DNA from: an uncultured Candidatus Saccharibacteria bacterium
Lineage (GTDB): Bacteria > Patescibacteriota > Minisyncoccia > Phycocordibacterales > CAYSCM01
Length of the DNA stretch: 64,000 bases
Assembly: GCA_964429815.1 (NCBI GenBank)
Contig: CAYSCM010000001.1
Location: 164,240 to 228,239 of the forward strand
Reading direction: 5' to 3'
Shown here: one piece after another, positions 27,201 through 37,498 of the stretch
How positions within the stretch are numbered: the first letter of the stretch is position 1
Layout of the letters: each line of letters begins with the position of its first letter
The notes under the pieces: generated by a model
Told to the model about the DNA's origin: nothing
The model's database searches: none
The model's input: the letters and a program-made list of their open reading frames with translations, nothing else
Translations under genes and position numbers: made by a program

Positions 27201-28154
27201 TCAAAATCCTATAGCGCTGCACCTCGGTGCTTCTCCGAATCCCGGACAATATTGCTGGCAATCAGCGAGAGAGGAAAAGGCTACTTTCCCAGTCTCGATT
27301 CCCTTCCCCCAGGTGCAGAGTGTTTCCTGCGGGGCATTAAAAAGACTCTGTGGCTCTTGTGGCGGAGGTGGCAGGTTCGTCGTTTGTGATTGTAAAACGT
27401 CAGCCGACACCGCCGTGCATCTGCCCGAACAGGTTCGCTGGCACTCATCCATTGATGCAACATAGTAGCGTCGTCCTTGATATGAACCGTTATCTTCACG
27501 AAGTTCGCACGCCGCCTGAGAACTTATGCTAGTTGGAATCCCGTTTATAATCGGAGTCTTGTTTGGCTGGGTCGTTATTGTCGTCGGGCTCCCCGTCCCG
27601 GGCGTTGTGGATGGCCCGCCGAGGAGCGAATTATTTTTTACAATCTGCGGATTGATGGTGACGAGGAGTACGTAGGAGAGAAGGATGATAAGAAGGCCGT
27701 ATATCGCGGATTCAATGTAATCACGCCCACCCTCTTTCCCAAACGGCGTACTGCTCAGCATGTACTTGAAACCGCCAAAGGTAATCATAAGAACGGCGAG
27801 AAGCGCTGCGATGCCAAGGCCAAAATCAAAAATAGTATTGAGGACACTACTGAGACTCCCGTTGTTTTTTGTGTAAAGCCCTCCAATATTTTCAAGGGGG
27901 ACGAAACCTTGAGAGCCGGTTACTTGTGTTCCTAAGGGAGTAGTTTGTAAGGGGGAAGCGTCACCACATCCACCGGTTCCTTGTACATCAACGCAGGGTG
28001 TGCCCGATTGCGCTGGTTGAAGTGCAGAAGAACAATTTTCCGTATAGCCTCGAGAACAGGAGTCTCCAGATTCTGCCTTAGAAAAGGCAAACGGCAGCAT
28101 CAAAAGACAGAGAATGGAGATTATTATTTGTGACTTTCTCATATCATTTACCAA
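27201..28154 (-). CDS. secreted Cys-rich protein with a central two-TM hairpin
   Basis: Signal peptide. Central hydrophobic pair IAALLAVLMITFGG and LLIILLSYVLLV. Overlaps its neighbour. Confidence 0.45.
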   Translation of the reverse strand: MVNDMRKSQIIISILCLLMLPFAFSKAESGDSCSRGYTENCSSALQPAQSGTPCVDVQGTGGCGDASPLQTTPLGTQVTGSQGFVPLENIGGLYTKNNGSLSSVLNTIFDFGLGIAALLAVLMITFGGFKYMLSSTPFGKEGGRDYIESAIYGLLIILLSYVLLVTINPQIVKNNSLLGGPSTTPGTGSPTTITTQPNKTPIINGIPTSISSQAACELREDNGSYQGRRYYVASMDECQRTCSGRCTAVSADVLQSQTTNLPPPPQEPQSLFNAPQETLCTWGKGIETGKVAFSSLADCQQYCPGFGEAPRCSAIGF

Positions 28155-29163
28155 AGTTTATTTGAAGGGCTATCGATGTGGCCTGAAAAATTTGCGAAAC
28201 ATTTTGTAGCGAGAGAGCAAGATTTGCTGTGCCCGATGATGGGGCCGTCTGGCGCAGCACTACATCGGCCGGATTTTTACTCGAGGGAGTCACGCTCTTG
28301 TCATTGAGCGTCCAGGCGTAGGTGAGCGCTCCTCCGCCGCGGGAATCCGTCGAGAAAAAGTACGGGAAGGCGGAGACCGTCGCCTCGCTTTTAGTGAGAT
28401 TGACACTTTCAGGAAGTGCCCGGTCGAAACGAAATCCTAGAAGTGGGTCGTTTTCATAGAGGATGACGAATGGCTCGTCTCCGTTGAACGAGAGGGAACG
28501 AGTTGCTTTGATGGAACCATCCGAACTCGCTACGTCTACCGACACATTGATCCCGCGATAGACGCGGGCGCCGGGGATGGTAACGGACTGAGCGCCGCGC
28601 CCCGAAGAATCCCCCAGCACCTGGCCATTAAGGTGCCACGTGTAGAAAAGGGCCTCAGGCCTGATGCGCGCGCCGTTCTCGTCTACGAAAAACGGCATCG
28701 CAAAGAGGACCATCGTGGCGTCATAGGGAGCGAGAGCTTTACCGCGGTAAAAGGGCGGGGTGTAGACATTCGCTTGCCACAGCAGATCAAGGCCTGCCGG
28801 GCGAACGATGGCTGTTTTGGTAAGGGTCGAGCCATTGGGGAGTGTTGCGTTAACGCGAAGCACATTGATGCTTCCAATACCGCCAACCGTGAAGTGGGCC
28901 GTGACGACACCAACCCCTGAGTCAATGATCTTCCCGTTAAGGCTCCACACCAAGGTGGCGCGGGCAAGGTTTTCTGCGTAACTGGCGACCTGGGCCGATA
29001 CGGCTTGACCCGCTCCGGGTACCTCAGGCGAGAGGGAGAGCGAAAAATCTCCTGGCACGGTGGGCAAATTTAGCTGTGCAAAGAGCGTTGTAGGGAGCGA
29101 AAGGGCCGCGACGAGGAGTGTCGTCGCGCAGAGGCCGCGCATGATTCGGGGGGAAATAGTCAT
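28144..29163 (-). CDS. hypothetical secreted protein
   Basis: Signal peptide MRGLCATTLLVAALSLPTTLFAQ. Beta-rich. Confidence 0.5.
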   Translation of the reverse strand: MTISPRIMRGLCATTLLVAALSLPTTLFAQLNLPTVPGDFSLSLSPEVPGAGQAVSAQVASYAENLARATLVWSLNGKIIDSGVGVVTAHFTVGGIGSINVLRVNATLPNGSTLTKTAIVRPAGLDLLWQANVYTPPFYRGKALAPYDATMVLFAMPFFVDENGARIRPEALFYTWHLNGQVLGDSSGRGAQSVTIPGARVYRGINVSVDVASSDGSIKATRSLSFNGDEPFVILYENDPLLGFRFDRALPESVNLTKSEATVSAFPYFFSTDSRGGGALTYAWTLNDKSVTPSSKNPADVVLRQTAPSSGTANLALSLQNVSQIFQATSIALQINFGK

Positions 29164-29777
29164 CAGGCTGCCTTCACTTTGGCTTGAGATTTATTATATT
29201 CCCTATCCTCCTGGTGAACGAGGCGGATTTCCGACCACACGCACATCGTCCATATAGGTATTGCATTTAACCCAGGCGCTAATTTAACCGCGATGAGAAT
29301 CAAATCTCGGATCGGGCGTTTTAGTGTCAAAAAGTTATGACCAGAAGTAGCAAACCATCCAATGAAAATAAAGAAAATCACGATCGACAAAACCGTGTTG
29401 ATGATGAGTCCAATGATGAGAAAGGTGAGAACAAGTTGGATAAGATCGAAAAACATCGCCACTCCCATCATGGCCGCATACTGAAGTCCTCCGATGCGGT
29501 GACGTTTTTTTGCGGGTACGGAAACGCGTTGGGCCGTCGCCACTTGAGCGGGCTCCCGTGGTGAAACCCGCGTATATCCCGATGGCTGCCGTTGCCAAAA
29601 CGCACGCTCTTGCGGGTCGAGTTCCTTACTCCCCATGCTCACCTTCGGGTTCCCGCCTATGCGAATGCCTCGCTTTACTCCTTCGGCTCGTAAGGCTTCG
29701 TATTCCTGTCGAGTCATGGAGGGATCCGCTCCAGCCGGAGGGGTCCACTTTTTTGATTGCGGGTCACGCGGAGGCAT
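29163..29777 (-). CDS. membrane protein, 3-4 TM, basic N-terminus
   Basis: Hydrophobic core FFDLIQLVLTFLIIGLIINTVLSIVIFFIFIGWF. Immediately downstream of the VirB4-like gene. Confidence 0.5.
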   Translation of the reverse strand: MPPRDPQSKKWTPPAGADPSMTRQEYEALRAEGVKRGIRIGGNPKVSMGSKELDPQERAFWQRQPSGYTRVSPREPAQVATAQRVSVPAKKRHRIGGLQYAAMMGVAMFFDLIQLVLTFLIIGLIINTVLSIVIFFIFIGWFATSGHNFLTLKRPIRDLILIAVKLAPGLNAIPIWTMCVWSEIRLVHQEDREYNKSQAKVKAA

Positions 29778-29779
29778 GA

Positions 29780-31612
29780 CTATTTATTCGCCTCGGCCTC
29801 GAGCTCCTGGCGGGCCTTTTTAATAGCGAGAATTTGGCTCGGATCGGAGGTGATGATTTGATCTTCGGTATAAGAGGCGATGATTTTGATGGCGACGTGT
29901 TTGAGGCCGGCAAAGAATATCCCCTCTCCCACGTCCGATTCCAGGAGCAGGTACTTTTCCTCGTCGGTGAGGTTAAACGTTTTCTGCACGTTGTCGATGG
30001 AGGTTGGCGATTGCTTCAGCAGCAGCTGAATGGAGGAGTTGGTTATCATAGGGAGCCCGTAGGGAGAGTTCAAGAAATCAGAAACGTCTTGCGTGATGGT
30101 GGCAAGACCCAGGAAGTATTTGCGCCCGCGTTTGGCGACCGAAAAGAGGAAACTCGCCGTATCCTCGCTCTGCATCATCCAGTGCGCTTCATCGACGATA
30201 AAGAGGCGTTTCTTGAGCTCCTTGCGCACTGCGGTCCAGATGAAGTGCGTGACGATGTACATGGCGACGGGCTTGAGCTCATCCTCCATGTCGCGCACGG
30301 AGAATACGACAAAATTTTTGTTGATATCGACATTGGTCGGGCGATTGATGAAACCTGCCCACGTACCCTTGGTGTACTTGGAGAGGCGCTGCACGAGCGA
30401 CTCGGAGCCTTCCATTCCGGCGAGCACGAGCTCGAAGTCGGAGAGGAGCGGCGGCTCGATGCTGGTGAAGTCGCTCTCCCCCGTTATGTCCTTGAGCGCA
30501 TAGGTTTCCGTGATAGCCCGGTCGATGATGGAGTCTTCCTCCGGCGTTAGGCCGCCGAGCATGATGCGGAACAGGCCCACGAGATTCACGATGTTGCTTC
30601 GAAGCACGTCGCCGGGAGCTTCGTCTTCCCGCGGGGTCGGCAGGTCGAAGGGGTTGATGTGGTGCTCGGAGGTGAGGGATATGTTGAAGTAGCGCCCACC
30701 GACGGCGTCCGCCATGTACTCGTACTCACGCTCAGGGTCGATGACAATGACCTCGGTGCCGAACATAAGGGAGCGCAAAATTTCGAGCTTTACCGCGTAG
30801 GATTTGCCGGCGCCGGATTTTGCGAACGTCACCGAGTTGTAGTTTTCGAGGCTAAAGCGATCAAAGAGGATGAGGGAGCTGTTGTGGCGGTTGATGCCGT
30901 AGAGAATTCCCTTGTCGGAAGTGAGATCGAAGGAGACAAAGGGAAAGAGCGAGGAGAGCGGCGAGGAGTTGAGCTTCGTGTGCACGGAGAGCTCATCGGA
31001 GGCTATGGGAAGTACGGAGCGGAACCCCTGCTCCTGCTGAAAGAGCGCGGGCTTCACGTAGATGAGGCGGCTCTCGAGCATGGTCTTTATCTCGCTCTCC
31101 ACCTTGTCGAGCTCTTCCTGCGAGTTGCCATAGATAGAAATGTAAAGCCCGACATCGAAGAGTTTCTCTTGCGCCTGCTGGAGCTGGTCGCGGAGCGATT
31201 CAAGGTCACGATAGGCGGTGTCGAGCATTGGATCGCGCACGAGCCCGCGCTCCTCTCGGGTCGTGATCTGACTTTGCACCTCCGCGACCTTTTTTTGGAA
31301 TTTCCGAAGCACTGTAGCGGTGTCCGCCGGATGCACGAATATGGATACGTCGAAGACCCGATCGAGATTTATGATGGGAGCAAACCAGGAATCCGCGAGG
31401 TAGCGTGGGTAGGAAATAACAAATAGCGTGCGCACCAGCTTGTCGCCGAGATTCATCTCCCGCGGGGTGATCTTGAGCGCTGAAGGGGCGATGATGTCGT
31501 GGAACTCAAGCGCTCCCGCTTCATAGATTTCCTGCGGCAAAATGGGAGTGACCGGGACTTCCCTCCTCTTTTTCCCGCCCAAGCCTCCTGTGAGAAAATC
31601 AAGTAGAGCCAT
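29780..31612 (-). CDS. VirB4/TrbE/CagE-family type IV secretion ATPase
   Basis: Walker A FAKSGAGKSYAV, Walker B RLFIVDEAHWMM, motif TITQDVSDF. 610 aa. Confidence 0.8.
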   Translation of the reverse strand: MALLDFLTGGLGGKKRREVPVTPILPQEIYEAGALEFHDIIAPSALKITPREMNLGDKLVRTLFVISYPRYLADSWFAPIINLDRVFDVSIFVHPADTATVLRKFQKKVAEVQSQITTREERGLVRDPMLDTAYRDLESLRDQLQQAQEKLFDVGLYISIYGNSQEELDKVESEIKTMLESRLIYVKPALFQQEQGFRSVLPIASDELSVHTKLNSSPLSSLFPFVSFDLTSDKGILYGINRHNSSLILFDRFSLENYNSVTFAKSGAGKSYAVKLEILRSLMFGTEVIVIDPEREYEYMADAVGGRYFNISLTSEHHINPFDLPTPREDEAPGDVLRSNIVNLVGLFRIMLGGLTPEEDSIIDRAITETYALKDITGESDFTSIEPPLLSDFELVLAGMEGSESLVQRLSKYTKGTWAGFINRPTNVDINKNFVVFSVRDMEDELKPVAMYIVTHFIWTAVRKELKKRLFIVDEAHWMMQSEDTASFLFSVAKRGRKYFLGLATITQDVSDFLNSPYGLPMITNSSIQLLLKQSPTSIDNVQKTFNLTDEEKYLLLESDVGEGIFFAGLKHVAIKIIASYTEDQIITSDPSQILAIKKARQELEAEANK

Positions 31613-31614
31613 AG

Positions 31615-32250
31615 CTATAGGTTCGCTGCGATCGGCTTTTCGAGCTCACCGGGGTTGAAGAGTTTGTAGTAAAGCTCGATGGCTTCCTCGGTGCCTAAGG
31701 TCGCGACCCTAACTCCGGTGCGCACGAGCCCTTGCTCGACGACCGCGACGCGTTGCTCAAGTTGGGTGCGGCTCTCTTCGAACGTCGCGGCGGCCTCCTC
31801 CTTCGTTTTTTTGCCGAAGCTCGGGAGCGTTGGGAGCCCGCTTTTTCCCACGGAGAGCACCGCCGGCGAGTACGGCACAACGATAAAGAAATTTTTCGTC
31901 ATAATGTTGGCCTGCTCGACGAAGCTTTTTATGAAATCAATGTACTCGCGTGTCTGGATTTTCATAAGCTCGGTGGTCTGCTCTTTGTACTTTCCCTCAA
32001 GGAGCGCCACGTAGGGGCGGATATCGAGCTGGCGTGATTCGATGAATATCTGGATGGAAAAGTCGAGCGAGTTGAGGAAGTTTTGGAACTGCGCGAGGAT
32101 GGCGGTCTGTTCGTCGGCGGATTTAAGCGCAAAATTGAGCGAGGAGGCGATGAGAATGGAGCGCAACCCTCCGTCCTTGAGGACCACGATGCCATCACGC
32201 ACCTCCTTGATGGGCACGAACTCCTGGCTTGCTTTTCCGGCGACGGCCAT
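31615..32250 (-). CDS. hypothetical T4SS-associated protein (possible VirB4 N-terminal domain)
   Basis: 211 aa cytoplasmic protein, apparently translationally coupled upstream of the VirB4-like gene. Confidence 0.5.
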   Translation of the reverse strand: MAVAGKASQEFVPIKEVRDGIVVLKDGGLRSILIASSLNFALKSADEQTAILAQFQNFLNSLDFSIQIFIESRQLDIRPYVALLEGKYKEQTTELMKIQTREYIDFIKSFVEQANIMTKNFFIVVPYSPAVLSVGKSGLPTLPSFGKKTKEEAAATFEESRTQLEQRVAVVEQGLVRTGVRVATLGTEEAIELYYKLFNPGELEKPIAANL

Positions 32251-32256
32251 GGTGAT

Positions 32257-32670
32257 TTAGCGATAGGCGCCCGTTTTCTCCTTTATATCGAGGCTCCAGG
32301 CGAGATCCTTAAGTTTGCTCTCCGAGAGCTTAGGCACGACGATAGTCGCCTCCAGTTTCGTCTCCGGAGTGGCTTTTGCGGCGGCTTTGGGAACAACCTT
32401 TTTCCAGAGGTAGAGCCGGCCGCGCATCATGTAGTAGAAGGCCGCCTCGAGAGTCTCGATGAACGGACGATTATTTATCTTATAGAACGCAAGTGCAGCG
32501 GAAAGCGCGGCGACCGGAATACCAAGGAGTATCACGAGAAAAAGTGGCAGAAAAACGTAGAGAATGGCGATCACTCCTCCACCGCCGGCGAGGTAGACAA
32601 ACTGGCGGAACGTGAGGGGCCCCACTATCTTGTCTTCCACCTCAATGAACTGCGGCACCTGGAACTGCAT
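32257..32670 (-). CDS. VirB3-like two-TM small membrane protein
   Basis: MQFQVPQFIEVEDKIVGPLTFRQFVYLAGGGGVIAILYV.... Position just upstream of the VirB4 gene module. Confidence 0.5.
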   Translation of the reverse strand: MQFQVPQFIEVEDKIVGPLTFRQFVYLAGGGGVIAILYVFLPLFLVILLGIPVAALSAALAFYKINNRPFIETLEAAFYYMMRGRLYLWKKVVPKAAAKATPETKLEATIVVPKLSESKLKDLAWSLDIKEKTGAYR

Positions 32671-32743
32671 AGAAGTAGTATACCCCGCGCAAAGCCGCAT
32701 CGCGGCTTTGCGCTGTAGATTCGGCGCGTACTACTATGAGTGC

Positions 32744-33034
32744 ATGAAATTCTATACGCCAAACTATGGAAACGCTTCACACGACGCCCGTCCGCAGTTT
32801 GAAATGCGCGGCAACGCCATCTACATCACCGCGCACCACCCCGGCTTTACCCCCAAAGGGGCGGTGCTCCCCTGGTATGAAAATAGGGGCGGGAAAGTCT
32901 ATGCGACCGAGCATCACCCCGAGGGCAAATCACTCCATCCGGTCTATGAAATCCGGGGCGATAGGGTGCACACTACGGTCGAACATTCTCAGCACGACCC
33001 ACTACGCCACAGCTTTGAACTCCGCCTGCATTAA
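32744..33034 (+). CDS. small tandem-repeat protein (3 x ~22 aa, YE-RG----T-HHP motif)
   Basis: Opposite strand, inside the operon gap. High GC3. Repeats PQFEMRGNAIYITAHHPG, PWYENRGGKVYATEHHPEG and HPVYEIRGDRVHTTVEHSQHD. Confidence 0.4.
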   Translation: MKFYTPNYGNASHDARPQFEMRGNAIYITAHHPGFTPKGAVLPWYENRGGKVYATEHHPEGKSLHPVYEIRGDRVHTTVEHSQHDPLRHSFELRLH

Positions 33035-33042
33035 AGCGAGTT

Positions 33043-33441
33043 CTATTTTTTTCGATATACAAATACTGACTTTATGCCGATGATGATCAGACTGATCAAG
33101 AAGAAAAGTATCGAGAGGAAGAACGAAATCCGCCCCTTGTCATTCGGAAACATCCAGTCAGTGCTGGTATTTGGCGCGATAAGTATCAACGCCACGGAGA
33201 TTGCAAGAAACCACTGGGCAAAGCGGATCCACATTCGGAAAATTTCATCTCGGAGTTTATAGGTGACTAAACTCAAGATGAACAAAATTGGAAAAAACCT
33301 AAGTAAATCAATCAACCACAAAGTCTGATCTCTACAGAAAAAAAATTTATCTTGACATCCATTACGAAGCACGAGGCTGAGAAGGATAAGAAACATTCCC
33401 GCGCCTATTCCGGAAAAAATTAAAAGAGTTTTTTTGGTCAT
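33043..33441 (-). CDS. small polytopic membrane protein (AT-rich gene)
   Basis: 132 aa with four hydrophobic segments. Confidence 0.5.
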   Translation of the reverse strand: MTKKTLLIFSGIGAGMFLILLSLVLRNGCQDKFFFCRDQTLWLIDLLRFFPILFILSLVTYKLRDEIFRMWIRFAQWFLAISVALILIAPNTSTDWMFPNDKGRISFFLSILFFLISLIIIGIKSVFVYRKK

Positions 33442-33443
33442 AA

Positions 33444-36440
33444 CTATCTCAATCCTACCGTCACCGAATAGGTCTTTCCATCATCTAGCTGTGCAGACAC
33501 TTTATACCAGTACCCAGGAGTAACCCCCTTCGTGTTCCAGTTGTAAATATATTGCCCTGGTGCCGAGTCCCAACGAAACTCACCTCCAGAGGTGCTGGGG
33601 TCGGAATATGTTGACTCATCGATGGCGGCAGTTAAAGTCGAGCCTTTAATCGGGGTAAGCCAAACTGGATTTTTACCTGCTTGTGCTAGCATTCCATTCA
33701 CTTTCTTAAGTTGGAATTTTACCGGTACGGTACTTCCTCCTTTAAAAACGCTTAGAGACTGAGTGGGATTAATCGACGGGTCGTTTATTGGCTGGAGAAA
33801 ACCGCTCCACCGATAGGTGATAGTCAGTGTGCCGACAATAAAAGAGGTGAATTGGTAGGTGCTCGAAGTTAAGGTGCCTATGGTGCAAATAATTGGATAA
33901 ATTCCAATACCAGTTGTTGCTGTTGCCGTGGTTGAACATTGTGGAACCCCGGCAATGTCGTTGTGTGCCGCATCATCGCCATTTACAAATCCGCTGAAAC
34001 TTACCGTAAAGGAAGGAATAGGAGAACCGAGCACGATGGTTTTATTATCCACGGTGACCGTAAGGGGATTGAAAACTACTAGTCCGTCCAACTTCGGAGT
34101 GAGAGAATAAACTGTAGTTCCGTCTCCGTTTACATCGAGTGAGAGAGGACTCGCGCCAGCGATCGTCCCGTCAGAGAAATTCATAGTCGCGATGGTAGTT
34201 GTTGCCGAAGGAATGTCTGCGAACGTTGTTGTTGCAAGAATAGAATTCCCTTCAACCTCTTCTATTTTGAGAGTAAATCCTCCAGCCGATTCTCCTTCCA
34301 ACCGCAGAGTCGGGAGGTCTTCTGCAGGGACACTCACGTATTTAATGTCACCAAACTCAGTGTACGTTGCTCCTGGGATGGTATTTTCAAGAATCCTTGT
34401 ACTCGTTGCTAGTTTCAGGTGGTTCCCATTTTTATCATTGATCTCAATGGAAAGTGGTGAGTGCAGGAAGTATCTTAGACGCTTTTGAATTAAATGAGAG
34501 GGAACTTCTTTGGAGATGTATTGCGGTAGCTGTGCTGCGCTATTTATAATGATACCGTCAATCAAATCGTTGAGTTGCCCAACTTCAAGGATGTCTGCGT
34601 GGTCTCTGCCCAAAGGAATAGTGAGTCGGTTGTCCTTATTGAACTGGTTCAAATCAACCCAATATCTGCTCACGTTAGGCGAGCTCGTACTCATCGTGAG
34701 CGCACTTGGAGTGACTACAGTTCCGTCCCCATCGACAACGATGCCAAGGTCTTCGTCGAGACATGGGTTGTACCTGAGACAATGGTAAAAGCCACCATTT
34801 CGATAAGAAATATTACCCACTGTTTCGTTGCCCCACCCCGCAATTTGATACAACTGAATTCCCGACGGTGGAACCCACGTATCGAGATGGCTATGCAGGA
34901 CGTCAGCATCATTCAAGAGCAATGCATTACCGACGAGAGGATAGGTCACATTGGAAAATGAAGGCCCAGTTCGCCCCTCGATCCCCGAGACAAATGAAGC
35001 GAGCTCATTGAAAGTATTTATATTCGAGCCATAGGCGTCAGTAAATATTTTTGTCGTGCTGCCGCTCCGAAATGATATGGGTGGAGTAATCACATCACTC
35101 CCAGGCCCGTCAAAGTACGCTCGGGACGGGAGGAGGTTGTACACCATTGGAGAATTTTGTGCGAATGCGCGCGCCGTCGCCTCGCTTAGAACGAACCCCA
35201 AGGCATGTGATTGATTGGTTCCATCCAGGAGAGCCCCTACGGCGATAGGGGTCCCCGTTTGAGGAACGGCGACAAAAATAATCTTGTCGATAAGGGAGCT
35301 AGCTTCCGGACCGAGTATTTCCATCAATCTTTTGGCCAAAAGGCCCCCGTTGGAATGGGCGATGATAGTGACTTTTCCGGTATTCGAGGTTCCGGCCAAG
35401 CGTCGAAGTTCCTGGAGTATGTACGGGGTCGTAGTGGAGCGGAGGTTTCCCGAATAGTAGATATGATCGCCGACCTGATGCCCATACTTTAGAATATCAT
35501 CGAGCGACAATCGCCAGTCATAAGCAGCCGGCAGCCAATCCTTGATCGTGCCGGCGGTTTTGAGTTGATCCATTTCACCGATAAAACTTTTGTAAATATT
35601 CGCTCCGGTCGGCAATTCGTCGATAACGTCGCCGATTTTTGTATATATATCGCCACGCACGCTTGAACCATCCGGATTCATGAAAAGATCCCGCGCATCG
35701 GCATTGCTGAAGGGCTCCCACAGTCTATCTTCCCCTCCGCCGTCGGCCGGGCGATATAAGCGACTTGCCTCTATGCCAGGCAAAAAGAGCACGTTTGAGT
35801 TGCTTTGCGTATTGATATTACTCGTTCCGAGTTCGTCATACATCAGAAGATCGCCCAGGTCTGGGCGTGCACCGAATTCTGCCGACAAAGCGACGGTGTC
35901 GATGAAATCTCCCGCCGCATGAGCCACGGCGCCTACCCACGAGCAGTGTCCAACATCAACATCATCTTGCTGAAAACATGTTTCCTTGGCACCTACATGA
36001 TCTCGCCATGCAAAAAGATATTGATGCCACTGTCCATCGAGAGGAGTAAATCTATTTCTGAATTCACAATTGGTTGAAGCCGAAACATTCGGCGCACCGG
36101 TACAAAGTAAAACGATGCTGCCGTACCCAAATTGAGCCCATCCGCTCTGGGCTTTTGCGTAGAATGTGATGTTTCCTTCGGTTAACGGAGTCCCTGTTTT
36201 GTAAATTCTAGGAATTTGGAAAAGCACGGTACTTTGAAGACATTGACCGGAGATACACCCGCTGCTCACTTGGGTAAACGGGCCTACACTTCCACCGTAC
36301 ACGTTCCAGCCAAAGTATCCGAAGGGTAAATCGAAGGAGTCGGAGACGGGAGCGGCCGCAAACGCGTGACTGCCGGAGAGAAGAAGAAAAAATAGTCCGA
36401 AAACGAAAACGAAGAGTCGCCAGTAGCGGACTTTTTTCAT
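33444..36440 (-). CDS. large secreted protein with an alpha/beta-hydrolase (lipase/esterase-like, AHSNG) domain and C-terminal beta-rich repeats
   Basis: Signal peptide. Nucleophile elbow IIAHSNGGLLAKRL in the GxSxG lipase pattern. 998 aa. Candidate effector or adhesin of the cluster. AT-rich relative to the rest of the window. Confidence 0.6.
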   Translation of the reverse strand: MKKVRYWRLFVFVFGLFFLLLSGSHAFAAAPVSDSFDLPFGYFGWNVYGGSVGPFTQVSSGCISGQCLQSTVLFQIPRIYKTGTPLTEGNITFYAKAQSGWAQFGYGSIVLLCTGAPNVSASTNCEFRNRFTPLDGQWHQYLFAWRDHVGAKETCFQQDDVDVGHCSWVGAVAHAAGDFIDTVALSAEFGARPDLGDLLMYDELGTSNINTQSNSNVLFLPGIEASRLYRPADGGGEDRLWEPFSNADARDLFMNPDGSSVRGDIYTKIGDVIDELPTGANIYKSFIGEMDQLKTAGTIKDWLPAAYDWRLSLDDILKYGHQVGDHIYYSGNLRSTTTPYILQELRRLAGTSNTGKVTIIAHSNGGLLAKRLMEILGPEASSLIDKIIFVAVPQTGTPIAVGALLDGTNQSHALGFVLSEATARAFAQNSPMVYNLLPSRAYFDGPGSDVITPPISFRSGSTTKIFTDAYGSNINTFNELASFVSGIEGRTGPSFSNVTYPLVGNALLLNDADVLHSHLDTWVPPSGIQLYQIAGWGNETVGNISYRNGGFYHCLRYNPCLDEDLGIVVDGDGTVVTPSALTMSTSSPNVSRYWVDLNQFNKDNRLTIPLGRDHADILEVGQLNDLIDGIIINSAAQLPQYISKEVPSHLIQKRLRYFLHSPLSIEINDKNGNHLKLATSTRILENTIPGATYTEFGDIKYVSVPAEDLPTLRLEGESAGGFTLKIEEVEGNSILATTTFADIPSATTTIATMNFSDGTIAGASPLSLDVNGDGTTVYSLTPKLDGLVVFNPLTVTVDNKTIVLGSPIPSFTVSFSGFVNGDDAAHNDIAGVPQCSTTATATTGIGIYPIICTIGTLTSSTYQFTSFIVGTLTITYRWSGFLQPINDPSINPTQSLSVFKGGSTVPVKFQLKKVNGMLAQAGKNPVWLTPIKGSTLTAAIDESTYSDPSTSGGEFRWDSAPGQYIYNWNTKGVTPGYWYKVSAQLDDGKTYSVTVGLR

Positions 36441-36496
36441 CCGGGAAGCCTACCATTGTCCCGCTTAGAGTCAATGCATACCGTGGCGTGCATTGA

Positions 36497-36534
36497 ATAC
36501 TCAAATTATAAGCTATAGCTTATAATTTGAGTAT
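36497..36534. repeat. 38-bp perfect palindrome, copy 2
   Basis: ATACTCAAATTATAAGCTATAGCTTATAATTTGAGTAT. Differs from copy 1 by a symmetric paired change (C/G to A/T) that keeps the dyad symmetry perfect. Confidence 0.8.
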
Positions 36535-36590
36535 GGTGTTTTTCTGCTGCACACCGCTCTGAGCCTACAACGACATCTGGTCGGGTCTGA

Positions 36591-37493
36591 TTAGGAGAGG
36601 GGTTCGCGGTAGGGGTCGACTTTTGGCTTTTCAGGACCTGCGGAGGCGGAGGGGCCTATCGGTGGCACGATTTTTTTCTCCTGCATCGGGGAGCGCACCT
36701 GGCTTTGGAGCTTCGCCGCGGTGAAGTCTTGTCCAAAAGTGCGAAGTGGGGGAAGTGAGCTTTCCTGCACCGGCGCTCCCACCACCGGCCCTCTATTAAT
36801 AGAGGGGGTCGGGGCAGGTTGCGGTGCGACCAGAGATGTGGCTTTTGTCGGAGCTGAGGAGACCGAGGCCGGACGGACGGGAATTTCTGGCGTCTTTTGA
36901 AGAGCAGCTATCGCGTCGGCGAGAGCTTCTCTGCCGCCGGGCGCCGTCGAGGGGCGCGCAGGAATTGAACTCGAAAGTGGAGGTTTTGTCTGGGGAGGGG
37001 GCGGGGCTTGCCTTGGTACTTGCTCCCCAGGTGGCCTTTGTGGTTGCGGGGTTTGCGTCGCGGGTTGCGGTCGTGGTGTTTGTTGGGGTGCGGCTCCTCC
37101 TTCCCCACCGCGGGCATGTGCGAAGGGGGCGGATTGAAGGGAGGGCGTTATATCTCCTTTGAGAGGAGTTTGTTTTGAGGGTTCCTCGGTAATTTTTTTA
37201 AGAGAGTCGCGAATGGGTTTAAAAATCTGTTCATTAACATCCAGAACAACCGAGCCGACTTTTTCTACAGGAAAACCACGTTTTCGAAGTTCATCTGGTA
37301 GTACCTCAGCCTTAATTTCTCCAAGAATGACTAGCGTGATTACATCACTAAGAAGACCAACCTTATCAATGAGTAGCGCCTGTTTCCTACCAATGGCTTG
37401 AATAGCTTCTGTTACTTTCTCAGAAAAAAGAACGTCTTGGAGTTCTGAAGGAAGTTGGAATATCCGTCTTATTTTTTGCTTAGTATCGATCAT
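36591..37493 (-). CDS. Pro/Gln-rich protein with a globular N-terminal domain
   Basis: 300 aa. Low-complexity PQPQRPPGEQVPRQAPPPPQ region. Confidence 0.5.
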   Translation of the reverse strand: MIDTKQKIRRIFQLPSELQDVLFSEKVTEAIQAIGRKQALLIDKVGLLSDVITLVILGEIKAEVLPDELRKRGFPVEKVGSVVLDVNEQIFKPIRDSLKKITEEPSKQTPLKGDITPSLQSAPFAHARGGEGGAAPQQTPRPQPATQTPQPQRPPGEQVPRQAPPPPQTKPPLSSSIPARPSTAPGGREALADAIAALQKTPEIPVRPASVSSAPTKATSLVAPQPAPTPSINRGPVVGAPVQESSLPPLRTFGQDFTAAKLQSQVRSPMQEKKIVPPIGPSASAGPEKPKVDPYREPLS

Positions 37494-37498
37494 ACTTC

